This document shows, one piece after another, positions 50,053-63,039 of a DNA stretch of 64,000 nt. Within the stretch, counting starts at the first letter, position 1. Each line of letters begins with the position of its first letter. This DNA is from Vairimorpha necatrix (lineage: Eukaryota): assembly GCA_036630325.1 (NCBI GenBank), contig CP142734.1, forward strand, positions 186,001 through 250,000, in the 5' to 3' direction. The translations under genes were made by a program, and so were the position numbers. Below the pieces are notes generated by a model. It was given only the letters and a program-made list of their open reading frames with translations, did no database searches and was not told the DNA's origin.

Positions 50053-50660
50053 GGTACATGACCATAAGGAACTCGCTTTTAAATTTTAAAGGACCCCTTT
50101 AAAAAAATGGCAAAATTAACAAAAACAATCTTTGTAGAGGCAGATGAGCATTTTAGTAATGAAATGTATTTAAACAACGAATACCAAGAAAAGTTTATTT
50201 TGGAAACATTTGATGCTGAATCAACGTGCGCCTTGCACATTTCAGTAACTAGTAGAAATACTGCTTTTCCTTGAGGTAATACAAGATAATGTATAACCTG
50301 TTTCTACTGTGATCTCTAATCAATGGGTAGCATATGAGGACACATTAGACAAAAGGGATGGAATACAGTACTATGAATCACTCCATCGATGCTGTAACCA
50401 CTAGCGATTCCGAGTCACAATACAAAAAAATTTGTAAGGTTTTGGGTCATTTCTATAAGGAATATTCGATCTAGACATAAACAAAGACGAACACTATATG
50501 TACCTTTTACAGGTCCTCTGGGCTTTTCAAATTCCTATTAATAACCGGAAAAATTGTCTTCTCTCCTTATTTAAAATAAATCGTTAAGTCCCTTTTTTAT
50601 AATTTTTTTCATTTTCCCTTTTTTTGAATTTATCAAAGCGGGTTTAAACGATCATGTACC
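50053..50660 (+). mobile_element. Short Merlin/IS1016-like element with transposase remnant, copy 2
   Basis: ggtacatga...tcatgtacc termini; FVEADE, LEVIQDNV*PVSTVISNQWVAY and a (V)NH-like segment match the ISXO2/Merlin DDE core; TSD degraded. Confidence 0.75.
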
Positions 50661-53600
50661 AGTTAATTTCTTTTTTTACAAAAAACATTTGTTAACAATA
50701 AATTCTTTAATAAAGAACAAAAGAATTACTACATTATTATCCATGAAATTAAATTCTGTTTTATTATAAAAAAATTGTTTTTGACAAAGAATAAATATAT
50801 CAACCCTATTTTCATGATAACTTAGCAAAAAAATTAAACAATATGTACAAACAAGTAAATGTTGAATTTTAGAAAATTATAAAAAATATTTTTTGTGGAC
50901 ATAATTACTAAAATTATGATTTAAGTAAATGTTTAATGTAATTAATAAATAACAAACAAACTTTATTGATATAAAAAGGTAAACAAGAAGGGGTTGAATC
51001 TTAAAATTACAAATGTTTCTGTTAATTTCTACTAAAACTTTTTCTTAATTACCATAACCATGCAACAGAAAAAAATTTTCTTCATAAATAATATTAATTT
51101 ATATTTACAGAATACATCTAATGTAAACTACTCAATTTACAGAAAAAGTACCTAAATTAGAACAAACAATTAAATGATTATAAAAGTAATATCGGCATAT
51201 AAATTATGAGAAAATTTTTAAAGGTGCAATGTTTTAAAGACTTACACAAGTTGCAAAATTAATTTAATTAGAGACACATATGAACATATATAAATTTTTT
51301 TATAATTTAAAAGATTTTAATCGAGTATACTATAAAAATACGATTAATTAAATTATAAGATATGATTTATATATCATACAGATTTATAATAAGTGTAGTT
51401 TCTCATATGATTTAGTCAATTATATTTCTTAGCAAATATAGTATATAAAATATTTATAAACCCTTAACTAAATATCTTTTTTATTTAGATAAGAGAGTTA
51501 TATCTTGAAATACAAATCCCAAAGAACTAAAAGTGCGATCGTTTTTTTAATTATATACATTTCGATACCTAAACTTTCTGAATTTTTTTGAGCGCGCAGC
51601 ATCTACAGTATATCTATTGTATTTTAAATATAGTAAATTGCAGAAAATATGTTGATATACGTCAAAAAAAGGTTTACATTCTTTGATTATCAGGTCAAGG
51701 CCCGTAGATTCTGATGAAATACAATCTTAACCTTGGCAATTAGGTTGTGAATCTCTGAATCTCGAACACGACACTACTCAGTGTACGTCAAACAGTAGAA
51801 TATGGGCTGTATTTTACAGTTATACTTTTATATAAGAAGGTGTTAAGAAATTATATACAAATATTCATAAACAGTTTGCTTCACAAATCTAGTTTCTTAA
51901 TTAATCTTGAGGTTTTATAATATAGAATGCTAGACACGAAATTTTTGTAAATATGGATAGTTGTTGTAGAGTGAAGATGAATAAGCCTTAATTATTATAG
52001 GTCTTCAAAAGATGTTTAAAAAAACGCAAATTCTTCGGTAAATCAAAAAAAATTATTATTTACAAATTAACTTAGTAAACATATAAAATTTAAGAATAAA
52101 CAAACTAATTTTTTTATAGAATACTATTAACTTTTTATATAGAACCAACTTAGGTTTTTAGCATATCGTCAAAATAGTTTCAAGCACCTAGCTGGAAAAC
52201 CGAATAATACACAAATTTTATTTGAAGTGTATAGAGATAACTAAATGCCCTAAAATTGAGATTCTATAAATATATCATGAATTTTATTTTGCAAGAAAAT
52301 TCTCGTTTTTATTTAAAAGAAATAGAATCTGTCTCAGATCTCATACGACGAAAATTCATATTTACATGTGAATATATATAATGAAAAAAATGTCACACAT
52401 GAACAAAAACAGTAATCGAAAAATACTAAAAAATATAATAATTTATAGTTTATATTAAAATATAAAACATAAAAAGGAATCTTGCCTTATTTTTAAAATA
52501 AATATAGTAGAATTATATCTAACGAATTCTTAATTTTATTAGTTTTGTTTTCTTGTTTTAAAATATAATTCCTTTTCAAAAACAGATTGAAGAAAAGCAA
52601 TTTTTTTTTGTAATATTTAAATATTTAAAAAGATTTTTACACATAATATGTATAGTAACAACATTTTCTTTCAAAAAAATTTATTTGGTGTGTTTTAACA
52701 AATATTTAAGTAGCAGTAGTGCATCATATTCATAGGAAATACGATAATTCTTTTGCCTTTAGGCCTAAATAAAGAGAGAAATAATCTCATGGCATAAAAA
52801 CATTTTTCACGGGATTTTTTTTCGTTTTTACTCTATACCAATTTACAAGGGTTATAAATAATATCTGAAACCAATAACTTTGACTTTAGACGTTTTAACA
52901 TGAATTTTAATTTACAAAAATCATAGATTGTAAATAGTACAAATTTTAGACAGTATTTAATTATATAAATTTTATTTTCTTTGATAATTATATATTCTTA
53001 TGTCTTTATTCAATAAGTTTTCAAAAAAAAAATTATATTTTCAAATTGTAATTTTATTTTTTAATAAAACTTTTAAAAAGTTCATTGCATTGATTTCTTT
53101 CTTTATATATAATGCTATTTTTAAAAAAATACAAAAATCTATGAAATTTTTAATTAAGTATTATAGAAATATGACTTGGTCTCAAGCAATGATAGTACAT
53201 ATATAGTGAAATGGTCGCATCATCATCAGTTCGTATTTTCTAATAAACTACATAGAGGTAGGGTATAGATTCCATATATCAAAAAAATTATTAAATGAGA
53301 TATATACTTGTTTTACAATACACGGTTTAATAATGAAATATATATAATACGTATGGATCTAAAAGTATTTGATATATGTTTCTTTGTAATAATGATTTGA
53401 GAGATCATGAATGTTATCGTTTGTGAATATTTAAAACAGACGTATTATTGAACAAAAAATATTGCTTATGTAAAAAATTATATTAAAATAAAGATACAAT
53501 CTAATTTCATAAAAAGCAATTCCATTGTTTATTTTTATTCAAAAATTATACAAACTTCATGGATAGCAAGATTAAACGTTAAAGAATTCATGGTATCACA

Positions 53601-54762
53601 ATAAACATTGTTTTGCATAAATGAATGCTATATTTTCGATTTTATAATTTTGACGTTTTTGGCGTTGAATTAAAGATAGCACTATATACAAGAATTTTTG
53701 ATACTTTCTTTACATATCATTTTAAAACTATTATTTTATATTTTTACGGGAGCTTAATCAAATTTCTAATTCCCAAAGAGATTTACATTAAACTAATAAT
53801 AAAAAATAATGACAATTCACGTTATTGCGTATTTTAAAAAGCTTATATAGAATAAATACCCTTTCTTGCCGAAGAGTGGAGAGAGTTTAGAGGCAAAATC
53901 ATTTCTTTGGTCTATATCCATCTGTAAAAAAAAACTCTTAAACAATAAGTATTTCATAATATTGTGCGACAAGACAGGCAAAGTTTAATCCTGCTTTATA
54001 CATTAAATTTACTTCCTGTAATCTGATAACTCATAACTTAAAATTAAAAAATGTGAAAAACCAATATCCAAAACAATAAATTTTACTTTCAGTTATTTTG
54101 ACATTGTTTTGATTAGTATTATCACAACGTATTAATAAACAATATTTCATTATTACGTAATTTGAAAATCATTTTATAAGCAAAATAGACCGATAGTTTT
54201 GCAAGATTCTTACGAATATCTAGTTTTAAGTATACTTATTTTTTTTATATGATGTTTACTTATTATATGAAGCGTTTCGAAGACCCGAGCGCTGATGTAA
54301 ACTGTAAGAAAATGTGCTTAATACCTCATAGGAAATAATCTTTGTTGTTGTAAGTAAAAGTCTAAAAATAAAATTTCGAAGTATTTTATGAATTTATTAT
54401 ACAAAAAAGTGAATATGCAACAACATAATACTGCTTAATATGTTTTTTTGTAAACTAATTATTGCGTCAAAAATTATTTATATGTTACATTTTCATAGTA
54501 TGTTTTTTTTAATATTTTACTGATAATTTCATATTTTATAAAAACAAGGAGAGACAGCATATAATGTTTTATAAATTTTACTTAAAAATTTCTATAAAAT
54601 CTAGTGAATTTGTTTTCTGCATTTTATACTAAGTATAACAAAATGACATATTTAAGATACAACTTCTATTAATGGAAAATCAATCTATAGAACGTGGGTT
54701 ATATTAACTTTGCAGAATTATATGTCATCTATCTGTGTAGATTCATAATATTTTAACCCTTA

Positions 54763-55692
54763 ATGTTTGTAAAAATATTCTCTCATTTTCTAATGGAATA
54801 TTGTCAGTTGACATTATTTTCAATATATAACGAAGAAAAGATTTATTGTTACATTGGTGTTTCTGCAGATGTTGCCAAAATTAATAATTATAATATTTTC
54901 CTCACTAGGAATATAAATTATCTATATAAAACAATTATTTCTAAGCATAAACTTGAAGAAATGTTAAAATATACCTTAAATAATGGTATTTTTTTACGAC
55001 CTGTGCACAAAAATCATCACGACAATCTCCGCAAATTAGCAGACACATTGAAACACGACAATTTATATCAAAACTTTATAAATAGTGTGTATTATTATGA
55101 GTGTAAATTTAGCCTACAGAAATATGAATTCTTCTTGTTCGAAATGATTTATCATGAAACAGAGAAATCGACTATTTCATGGTCACGCACGGGAGTTATA
55201 CGCTTTGATAGCAAAAAATTTTTTGAAAAACTAAGTTTTGAAGATACGAAGAGTTTAGATATACATGTAACTTTTGGCCAATTTCTTAACAATTTAATTT
55301 TACGTTCAAACCAATATACTAAAGAAATAGAGACTAAAGGGATGATATTCGTGGAATCCCCTGATCAAACTTTTATAGGTAATGACGAAATTTCTAGTAG
55401 GATTATTCAAAAAAGAAACCAAAAGTATAAATCCTACAATAAAAAAAGAAGTACGAAAAAACATAAAATTTTAGAAACTAATGGAAATGGAATAAAAGAC
55501 AATCATTATTCTAAAAAAGCCAATTCTAAATCCATAATTGAAAACTCCAATGTTTTGACAACTTTTTTACATGATAACAGTGAGATTAATAATTCTAATG
55601 CTCGCTTAGATTGTTATATATTTATATTTTTGGTTATATTTTGTTCAATTCTAATATTGTTCTATTTTAATTATATTTTCAATGCATTTTAG
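54763..55692 (+). CDS. Family member with signal-peptide-like start and C-terminal TM helix (309 aa)
   Basis: CCC-tta-ATG; IYCYIGVS, HHDNLRKLA, NFINSVYYYECKF, ISWS; tail CYIFIFLVIFCSILILFYF. Confidence 0.88.
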   Translation: MFVKIFSHFLMEYCQLTLFSIYNEEKIYCYIGVSADVAKINNYNIFLTRNINYLYKTIISKHKLEEMLKYTLNNGIFLRPVHKNHHDNLRKLADTLKHDNLYQNFINSVYYYECKFSLQKYEFFLFEMIYHETEKSTISWSRTGVIRFDSKKFFEKLSFEDTKSLDIHVTFGQFLNNLILRSNQYTKEIETKGMIFVESPDQTFIGNDEISSRIIQKRNQKYKSYNKKRSTKKHKILETNGNGIKDNHYSKKANSKSIIENSNVLTTFLHDNSEINNSNARLDCYIFIFLVIFCSILILFYFNYIFNAF

Positions 55693-57139
55693 GAAATAAG
55701 AAAAGTAAATTGTAATTTCTTAATAACTTAAGGAATGTAAAGTTTATTAATTATTACACAGATCTTATATAATTTTTCTTTATATATAATATCTGTTGAT
55801 TTTAAGCAGAAAAAAAATAAAAGAGATTTTATGTTTATTTTATTGGCTATAAAATTGTATCAAAAAATATTATATAAAGAGCTTTCTACGTTATTTAATT
55901 CACCATGCATCATCTACGAAATATAATCGAAATGTATGATGTCCTTTAACTCAATTGATTATATACAAGCTCCCATTATTATTTGATGGTCATTTAAAGT
56001 CTTTTTACTTCTCAATAATATTTATATATACAATTATCGTTAAATATATAAATGAAATGGAACAAGTTGAATGTTAAGTTTTCCATATTAAATAATTTGA
56101 TATTGTATATTATGCGGTGTTTATACTTTTTTTATTTCTTATTTTTTTATAAACTTTTTAGAGCAATGAATTCCAATATAAATACTGTTTAAATTTGTTT
56201 CACGTATGTAAAAATTTAAAGTATGACTTGTAATATATACTCCTGACAAATATAAAAAATTCCGCTTTACTTTTGATTCTCTTTTAGTTTTTATATCATT
56301 TTAGCTCCTGATGTTTTCTTTAATAGTAAACAATGTTAATGTCCCAATTGGATTTAATTTAACGCTATAATTTCGAGTAGAACGTTTATGATAAATTTAA
56401 ATAAGAATATTTTCAATTTTATAGATTTAACGTTAACGTTTTAGTTTATAGTTAAAAATACCCTTTGAAACACTTTGCAAGAAATGAAATTTAATGGATT
56501 TAGGCTATTTTAAGACAACGCAAAATCTTGTTTAAACACCATAGCAATTTTTACATTATTGTTTTCGACCAGAAAATATAAAAATTTAATATTATATGGA
56601 GTTGTTTAATTATAGCGTGAGCGAAATTATACGTAAATAACAGCTTGATAAAGTAACAGAATATATTATTATTATTACTATTTTAAAGACTATTTTCTCA
56701 TAAGTAAGCCAAAATATCAAAATTTTCATAGAAAGTGTATTATTCAAAATATTAAATTACCTATTAAATTTTTATCTGTATTCATACTAAAATGATTTTT
56801 TGAAGATTTTTTAGGAAAAATATATAATAAAAATTTCATCAAGGTTGTAAGTATCGTTACATAGGAAAAAATATAGAATAAGTGTTTCTCAACTGTACAA
56901 TATAACTTAAAAAAAAATAACAACTCAAACTGATAAATTTTTATTTTGTTCTTATGCAAAATCACAGAAATTCTTATATTATTTCCTTTTCCTCGTTGAT
57001 TAATATTCAAGTCGTATTTTTAAAATCAAGATTAATCCTTTAGGTCATTTCTATTGATTTTTCTGTGATTATACTTAATGCGTCTTCTCGCATCTTTTAA
57101 ATAAAAATTTTTTGTTATTATTTTTATGACTTTTTAAAA

Positions 57140-58840
57140 AGAGAGAAGTAAGATCCTACAGAGGGTTGAAAAACTGTGCAAGACCCAATTAAACGGTAAG
57201 AACATGATTCGAGCTTTTAATGAGCATGCAATATCAGTATTAAGTTATAATGTAGGATCTCTAAAATAGGAACCAATAGATTTCAAAAGTCTCGATTTTG
57301 ATATCCATCAGGTACTTATCAAGTAACAGGTAAATCTACTGCCAACCTGCAGGAAATACTGTACCTATCTGGATCTGAAATGGGTAGAGGCCTCATAAGT
57401 AATGAAGATAGAAGCGAAAATATGCTTCTAAATATTTATAAACATTAGATGGGTCTAGAAATAGCTCACTAAGACAGGCAGCGAATTCAAAAGTAGAAGC
57501 AGAGAGCAAACCCCAATTGTTTACAATAAACGAGTATCTAAGATTAAGTATAGCTTTGTAGGAGAGATAACCCAGAAAATGCTAATAGAATCTCAAAAGA
57601 AGCGCTTTACAACAAAAGTGACAAAAGGACAAACCACGGAATGTTGTTTAAAGCTAGGAATTATGATAAAGTTAGCATTAGCACTCTTTCCCTGGCTGGT
57701 TAAAGGGGACAATCAGGCTAGATCCGAAGCAATTTACTGCTTCATACAGAAAAGAAATATTTTCTGTGGACAAGAGGTACAATGTCCCCATTGTAAATCT
57801 CATAGTGTGGTATTATGACCACATAACATCTCTATTTCTTATAGGATTAATTTTACAATTTTAATTATTTTCCCTCCTTCTTATTTTATAAATATTTTAT
57901 TTTAAACCCCACAAAAAGGAAATGGAATCCAAGGAGAAACAACTAAATAAAAATAATTACAATAAACAATATAAAAGCCTACCAGGGACAGACGGGCAAA
58001 CATTAAGTTCTTTAGAATATTACTTTAGAACAAGCCGCATCCCTGTGCAGCACGCCACATAGGAAGACCGTGGATAATTTAGCTTACTAAGTGTTTATCG
58101 AATGCTGGGTTTTGATTATATGAAAAGACAACGAGGTAGTTAGATGCATTCATCTCTTACTATGTATTAAATATGGGTTTAAAAAGACAAAGAAAATACG
58201 TGGACATTAATACAAGAGATCATGAAAATGATCTTGCAGAAATAAGAATAGATACGAGAATATCCACTAATATAAAGGTGACCCATAATAAGCCATATAT
58301 TCTTGTGTTTGACAAGAAGAAGAAGAAATTTTAATAGTTGAAGTTGGTATAACCAACCAGGATCGACTTACTATAGTTGAGAATGAAAAACTAAGAAAAT
58401 ATGACCTTCTTGCAAATGAACTGGGACTAATACATAAAACCCGGACAAGAATAGTTCCTTATTTAATGACATGGGATGGTGTGATAACCAAATATCACAG
58501 ATAGTATATCAGGAAGCTGAAAATCCAACTCTACCTGGAAGCATATATCCAGTCTATTGTCGAAAAAGACTCTAGAGTCCATCTCTTTGGAACTACGACG
58601 AGGATACGATCAGGAGATTGCATAAGCAAAAAGTGACTAGAGCTGTAAGCGCACTAGCGAATATGGCGACTGTTAAAAAAGTGAAAAGGCAAAGGGGAAT
58701 GAAGCGGAAAAAGCGAAGTCGGAAAAAAAAATAATTATTCCACAGAAACCAAGGTCTGTGAAGAGCTGAATCCTATGAGCGATACCGGGGAAAGAAGTGC
58801 TATGAATATCTAAGTTAAATATAAATTAACTCAATAAATC
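57140..58840 (+). mobile_element. 5'-truncated, decayed RLE (R4/Dong-like) non-LTR retrotransposon
   Basis: LNGKNMIRAFNEHAI, LYL..SEMGRGL (RT thumb), CPHC..KTVD.L (zinc knuckle), HNKP(D)I...IVEVG...EKLRKYDLLA, MTWDG (RLE). Boundaries approximate. Confidence 0.85.
57806..58057. mobile_element. Solo-LTR-like insertion (252 bp) in the R4-like element
   Basis: TG...CA ends; 5-bp TSD catag (57801-57805, 58058-58062); removing it restores CPHCKSHRKTVD. Confidence 0.8.
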
Positions 58841-60268
58841 TTTTAAATGCATTAGAAAAGGCTCGACATATCTTGAAGGAATAAGTAAATTTTTTTTTTA
58901 TTTTTATTTAAAAATTTAATTAAATTAAGTATAATTTAGTAATATACAACATAAATCTGCTTATATTTGTGATTTTTTTCGTATCTTTGTGTATGAAAGT
59001 GTAAAGATTTATCTATATTTGTTAATTATATGAGCTAAAAAATTTCTTTTGTATTGTTGTAAAGAGATAAGTATGTATACGAACTTTGGTTCTATTTATT
59101 ATATCTATAATCTAGAATTTTTGTACAAATTCAGGTTTTTCATCTAATATAATTCTATACTGTTTATGTGGTAAACTTAATGGACTTTCTATTCATATAA
59201 ACAAAATTGGTCTCGTAAAAGCAGTAATAAATTTGTTTTTTACAATATCTTCAATAAGAAGCTTCTTAATAGAGTCTATTCGTACAATATATTTTTAAAA
59301 CCTTCGATTGATTTGAGTTTCTTTTACTTTTTGTTAAATACACAAAATCTACTCTTCAAAACCAACCTATTTTTTATTATCAACTATTTTTATTTAAGTT
59401 AAGAGCATATTTATAAATTTTTAAACATAATACTTTGCTTTTACATAAAGACTTATTTACAAGTTTTATAAAGATATGTTTGAATTTAAGTATCACATTT
59501 GTTCCTCTTAAGCAATACTAATTCTCAGCTGTCTTATAAATATATTGAAATATTATTGCATAACTCTCTTACGGTTTTAAGAAACATAATTTAATGGATA
59601 AAAATTTAAAAATAATTTACCTCGTCAATAAATTATATTTTAAAGTATTGTTAAATATAAGTAACTCTTAATGCTCTTGAAATAGGTTTATACATATTAT
59701 AACCTAAAATATTAAAATAGGTTTTGTTATTGTATCTTTTGTATATAGTATGCAATGATGCTATAGTAGCTAACTCTTTTTTCTTTTTTAAACAATAATA
59801 TAGTTTTTCATACCATAAGGAGAAATGATTAACGATGGGCAAATCGATGACGCATAATAACGAAATTTTTAAATTATTCATAATTTACATTGAATTAAAA
59901 ACGAAATTGAAATTTTTTTTTATTCGTATAACATCATTGTTATTTATATGTGCTTATATAAATATGTTTGTCATAAGTAAAGAATTTATAAATTATATTT
60001 TCTGATCATTCTAAAGAACAGCTTTTGCTTACAAACAATAAAACATTTAGTGAGCAAAATGGTAATTTCGAATAACTTCGATATAGACCCAAATAGATTT
60101 CTAGTCTATTATTACTAATTTTTATAATTAAAGCATCATTGGTTTTTATTTTATAATCTCTCTCTCTCTAACGAATGAAATATGTCATTAAATGAGGCTT
60201 TTAAGAGTTTGCTTCACATAATATTTTAATAAATAAAAAATTATATATTTGTTTTATTCTTGACCCTC

Positions 60269-60922
60269 ATGTTCTGTAAGATATTGTTGCTTTTTATTTT
60301 CGGATGTTGTCAATTAACAATTACCTTAAATTATAAGGAAAATGAAGTATTTTGTGATCTTTATATTGGTATTTCTGATGAAGATTATAAATTTTCAGAA
60401 TATAAAATTTTCCTTTCTGGTGATATAAAGAATCAATATGCCATTAAGATGTCCTCCTATGAGGTAAGAAATTGTATTAAAAATGTTAGTAATCTATTGC
60501 CACTAGAGGAAGTAGATATGAATGACCATGAGAAAATAAAAAAATTGGCGAATACGTTTAAGGATCAAAATATCTACAACAATTTTATAAATAGTTTTAA
60601 GTATTATAAATACAAATTTAATACACGAGGTTTTAAGTATTTTTGCTTTGAAATAGTTTCGTTTGATAAAAGAAATCTTATTCTTTCATGGGAGCATTCG
60701 CAAATATTCTTCTTTTGTAATGCTAATATTAGTGACAAACTTGATATGCAAATTAAGAAAAACTTGGCCACGAAGGATATATTTTTTGATGTATTTTTAG
60801 AAAATGTCGACAAGTTTATTCTTTTGAAAGATGATGACTCAAACTTAGAAATTCAACAAAAGTTCGGAAAAACAGACATCGAAGCACAACTCCATGATAC
60901 CAAATCGAATTCTAATTCATAG
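60269..60922 (+). CDS. Family member, predicted secreted (217 aa)
   Basis: CCC-tc-ATG at 60269; MFCKILLLFIFGCC signal-like; FCDLYIGIS, DHEKIKKLA, NFINSFKYYKYKF, LSWEHSQIF. Confidence 0.85.
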   Translation: MFCKILLLFIFGCCQLTITLNYKENEVFCDLYIGISDEDYKFSEYKIFLSGDIKNQYAIKMSSYEVRNCIKNVSNLLPLEEVDMNDHEKIKKLANTFKDQNIYNNFINSFKYYKYKFNTRGFKYFCFEIVSFDKRNLILSWEHSQIFFFCNANISDKLDMQIKKNLATKDIFFDVFLENVDKFILLKDDDSNLEIQQKFGKTDIEAQLHDTKSNSNS

Positions 60923-63039
60923 GCTATTTTTTTATTTTTTTGTATAAAATTTGTTATAAGAATAATATGACATATTATCTAAAGCATCACACTTGTAGTC
61001 TTTAATAAAAAAATTTCTTAATTATGTTATGTTTTTGATTTATTCTTAAATTTTAAGAATAAATACATAGCAATTCTTAATTATTATATTAAATGTTTTA
61101 AAAATGTCTGATTTTAATTTGTTACCAACGTTTACAATTTCAGCTTCGTACTCTTCTACACACAAATAGTTTAATATTTTTATATTTCACAATTTTATAA
61201 GTTAAAGCGTATAAAAGAAAAGTGAACCTCAAAAAAATAATTAGAATAAAATAACAATATCGATAAATTAGAATTTTTTGATATTTGTAATCTACAAAAT
61301 TTTATTTTGTTTTTTATAATTTTCCTTATTATACATTTAAATGTATAATAAAATTAAGTCTTAACCAATATGTGTATAAAAAATCTTAGTACAAGTAAAA
61401 AATTATATAAATAAAAAACTCTAAGAAACAATAAAATAATACTAATGAAATATATCTTCGAAAGCGAAACATAACACATTAAAAATTGATGTTGTATTGA
61501 CTTACAATTTTTTACAAGAATACAAACGTAAAAGTTGGTTTTTTATATTGTGACAACCCTGAATTGACGAAAATGGAAAAACTGTTGTGTTCAACAAAAA
61601 AATCATTTAGTGTTTAAAAAGCAACATAATAATTAATATTTTACAATATTCTACGTACTATTAATTCTAATATTTAAATCACAAAAAAAATTACTTTTCT
61701 AATTATAATTATATATATGTATCATATTAAAAACACTAGTATTTTTTTTGGGTTAAGAAGATGCTTATATGCTTATCTTAAGATAATAAGGCATTTAGGT
61801 CTTGAAATGACCATCTTTGTATTTTGTGAATTTAATCATCACACCCTAATATTTTCTTCAATTATTGAAAAAAGTGTTGAAATATAAAATTAAGATTCAT
61901 ATATATGTATTTTATCGTAAATTACATATTAAATTTTTTTTTATCTTCTAATCCATCGCTGAAGATTGCTATTATTTATACCTACATTTCTTATATTCTT
62001 TGCCACTTTTACAACTTCATGGTTCAAAATAATCGTGTTTATGTTTTACGTTCCCCCGTTGTATAAACATTCAAAAAAACTTGTTTTTATATGGATTATT
62101 GAATTCTTTTAAATAAGTCGTCGTTAAATAATACGTATTGAACAATCTCTATATCCATTAATAATTTTATTTCCACATTAAAATGATAAAGCAAATACGA
62201 AGGATACCTATTTAATTACATAAATATAAATCTCAGTTTATCTGCTTACAGACTTTACGAGCCGCAACATTACATTTTATTCGATTTCAATTATAGAATC
62301 TCCTCGTTGATATCCACGTATAGTTTAAAGTGGTTTATATAAACTTATGGTTAAATTTGGACTTGTAATTTGTTTTTATATGTAATACATATCACGATTT
62401 AAGACATTTACATTCTCCCTGTGCCTTATAGTAAGTGCATTAGTCCTATAACCATTTCCATTTTTGAATCCATTAAAATACAATATAAATAAATTAAACA
62501 CGTTAGATGAATTTGAATATAAATTTTTAAAAAATAATAATTATGTTTCGCAACATACTAATTTTTTTCTTGTTATGTTTAATGCAAACGAGAATATATC
62601 ACAACGTGAGAAATTTAAATGATCTTTCCTACGAAGATTGATTTCAATTATTTACTAGTAAACGAATATAGTAAAATACGGCAATGTTTTTTCTTAAAAT
62701 ATTGACGCTTTATTAAAGAACTTTTAACGTATTACAAACAAAGAAAGTTGTGAATGAAATTATTAATAATTAAATATCAACAAGACATGTATAAAAGAGA
62801 AGAAAACGGTAGCAAATAATTAATTAACCCCTAATACATAAATTTTAAAAGTAATATATTTTAATAAGCATTAATAAAGTTGCGTTGTTTATGTCATATA
62901 TAGACAAAAAGGCATAAAAGTTTTATTCAATATAACTTAATAAATTATTCAAGATTTTATTCAATGATTTTAATATATCAAACTTCTTCTACATATCAAT
63001 ACGATTGTTGTATAACGATTTAAATTGAATACAATTTAT

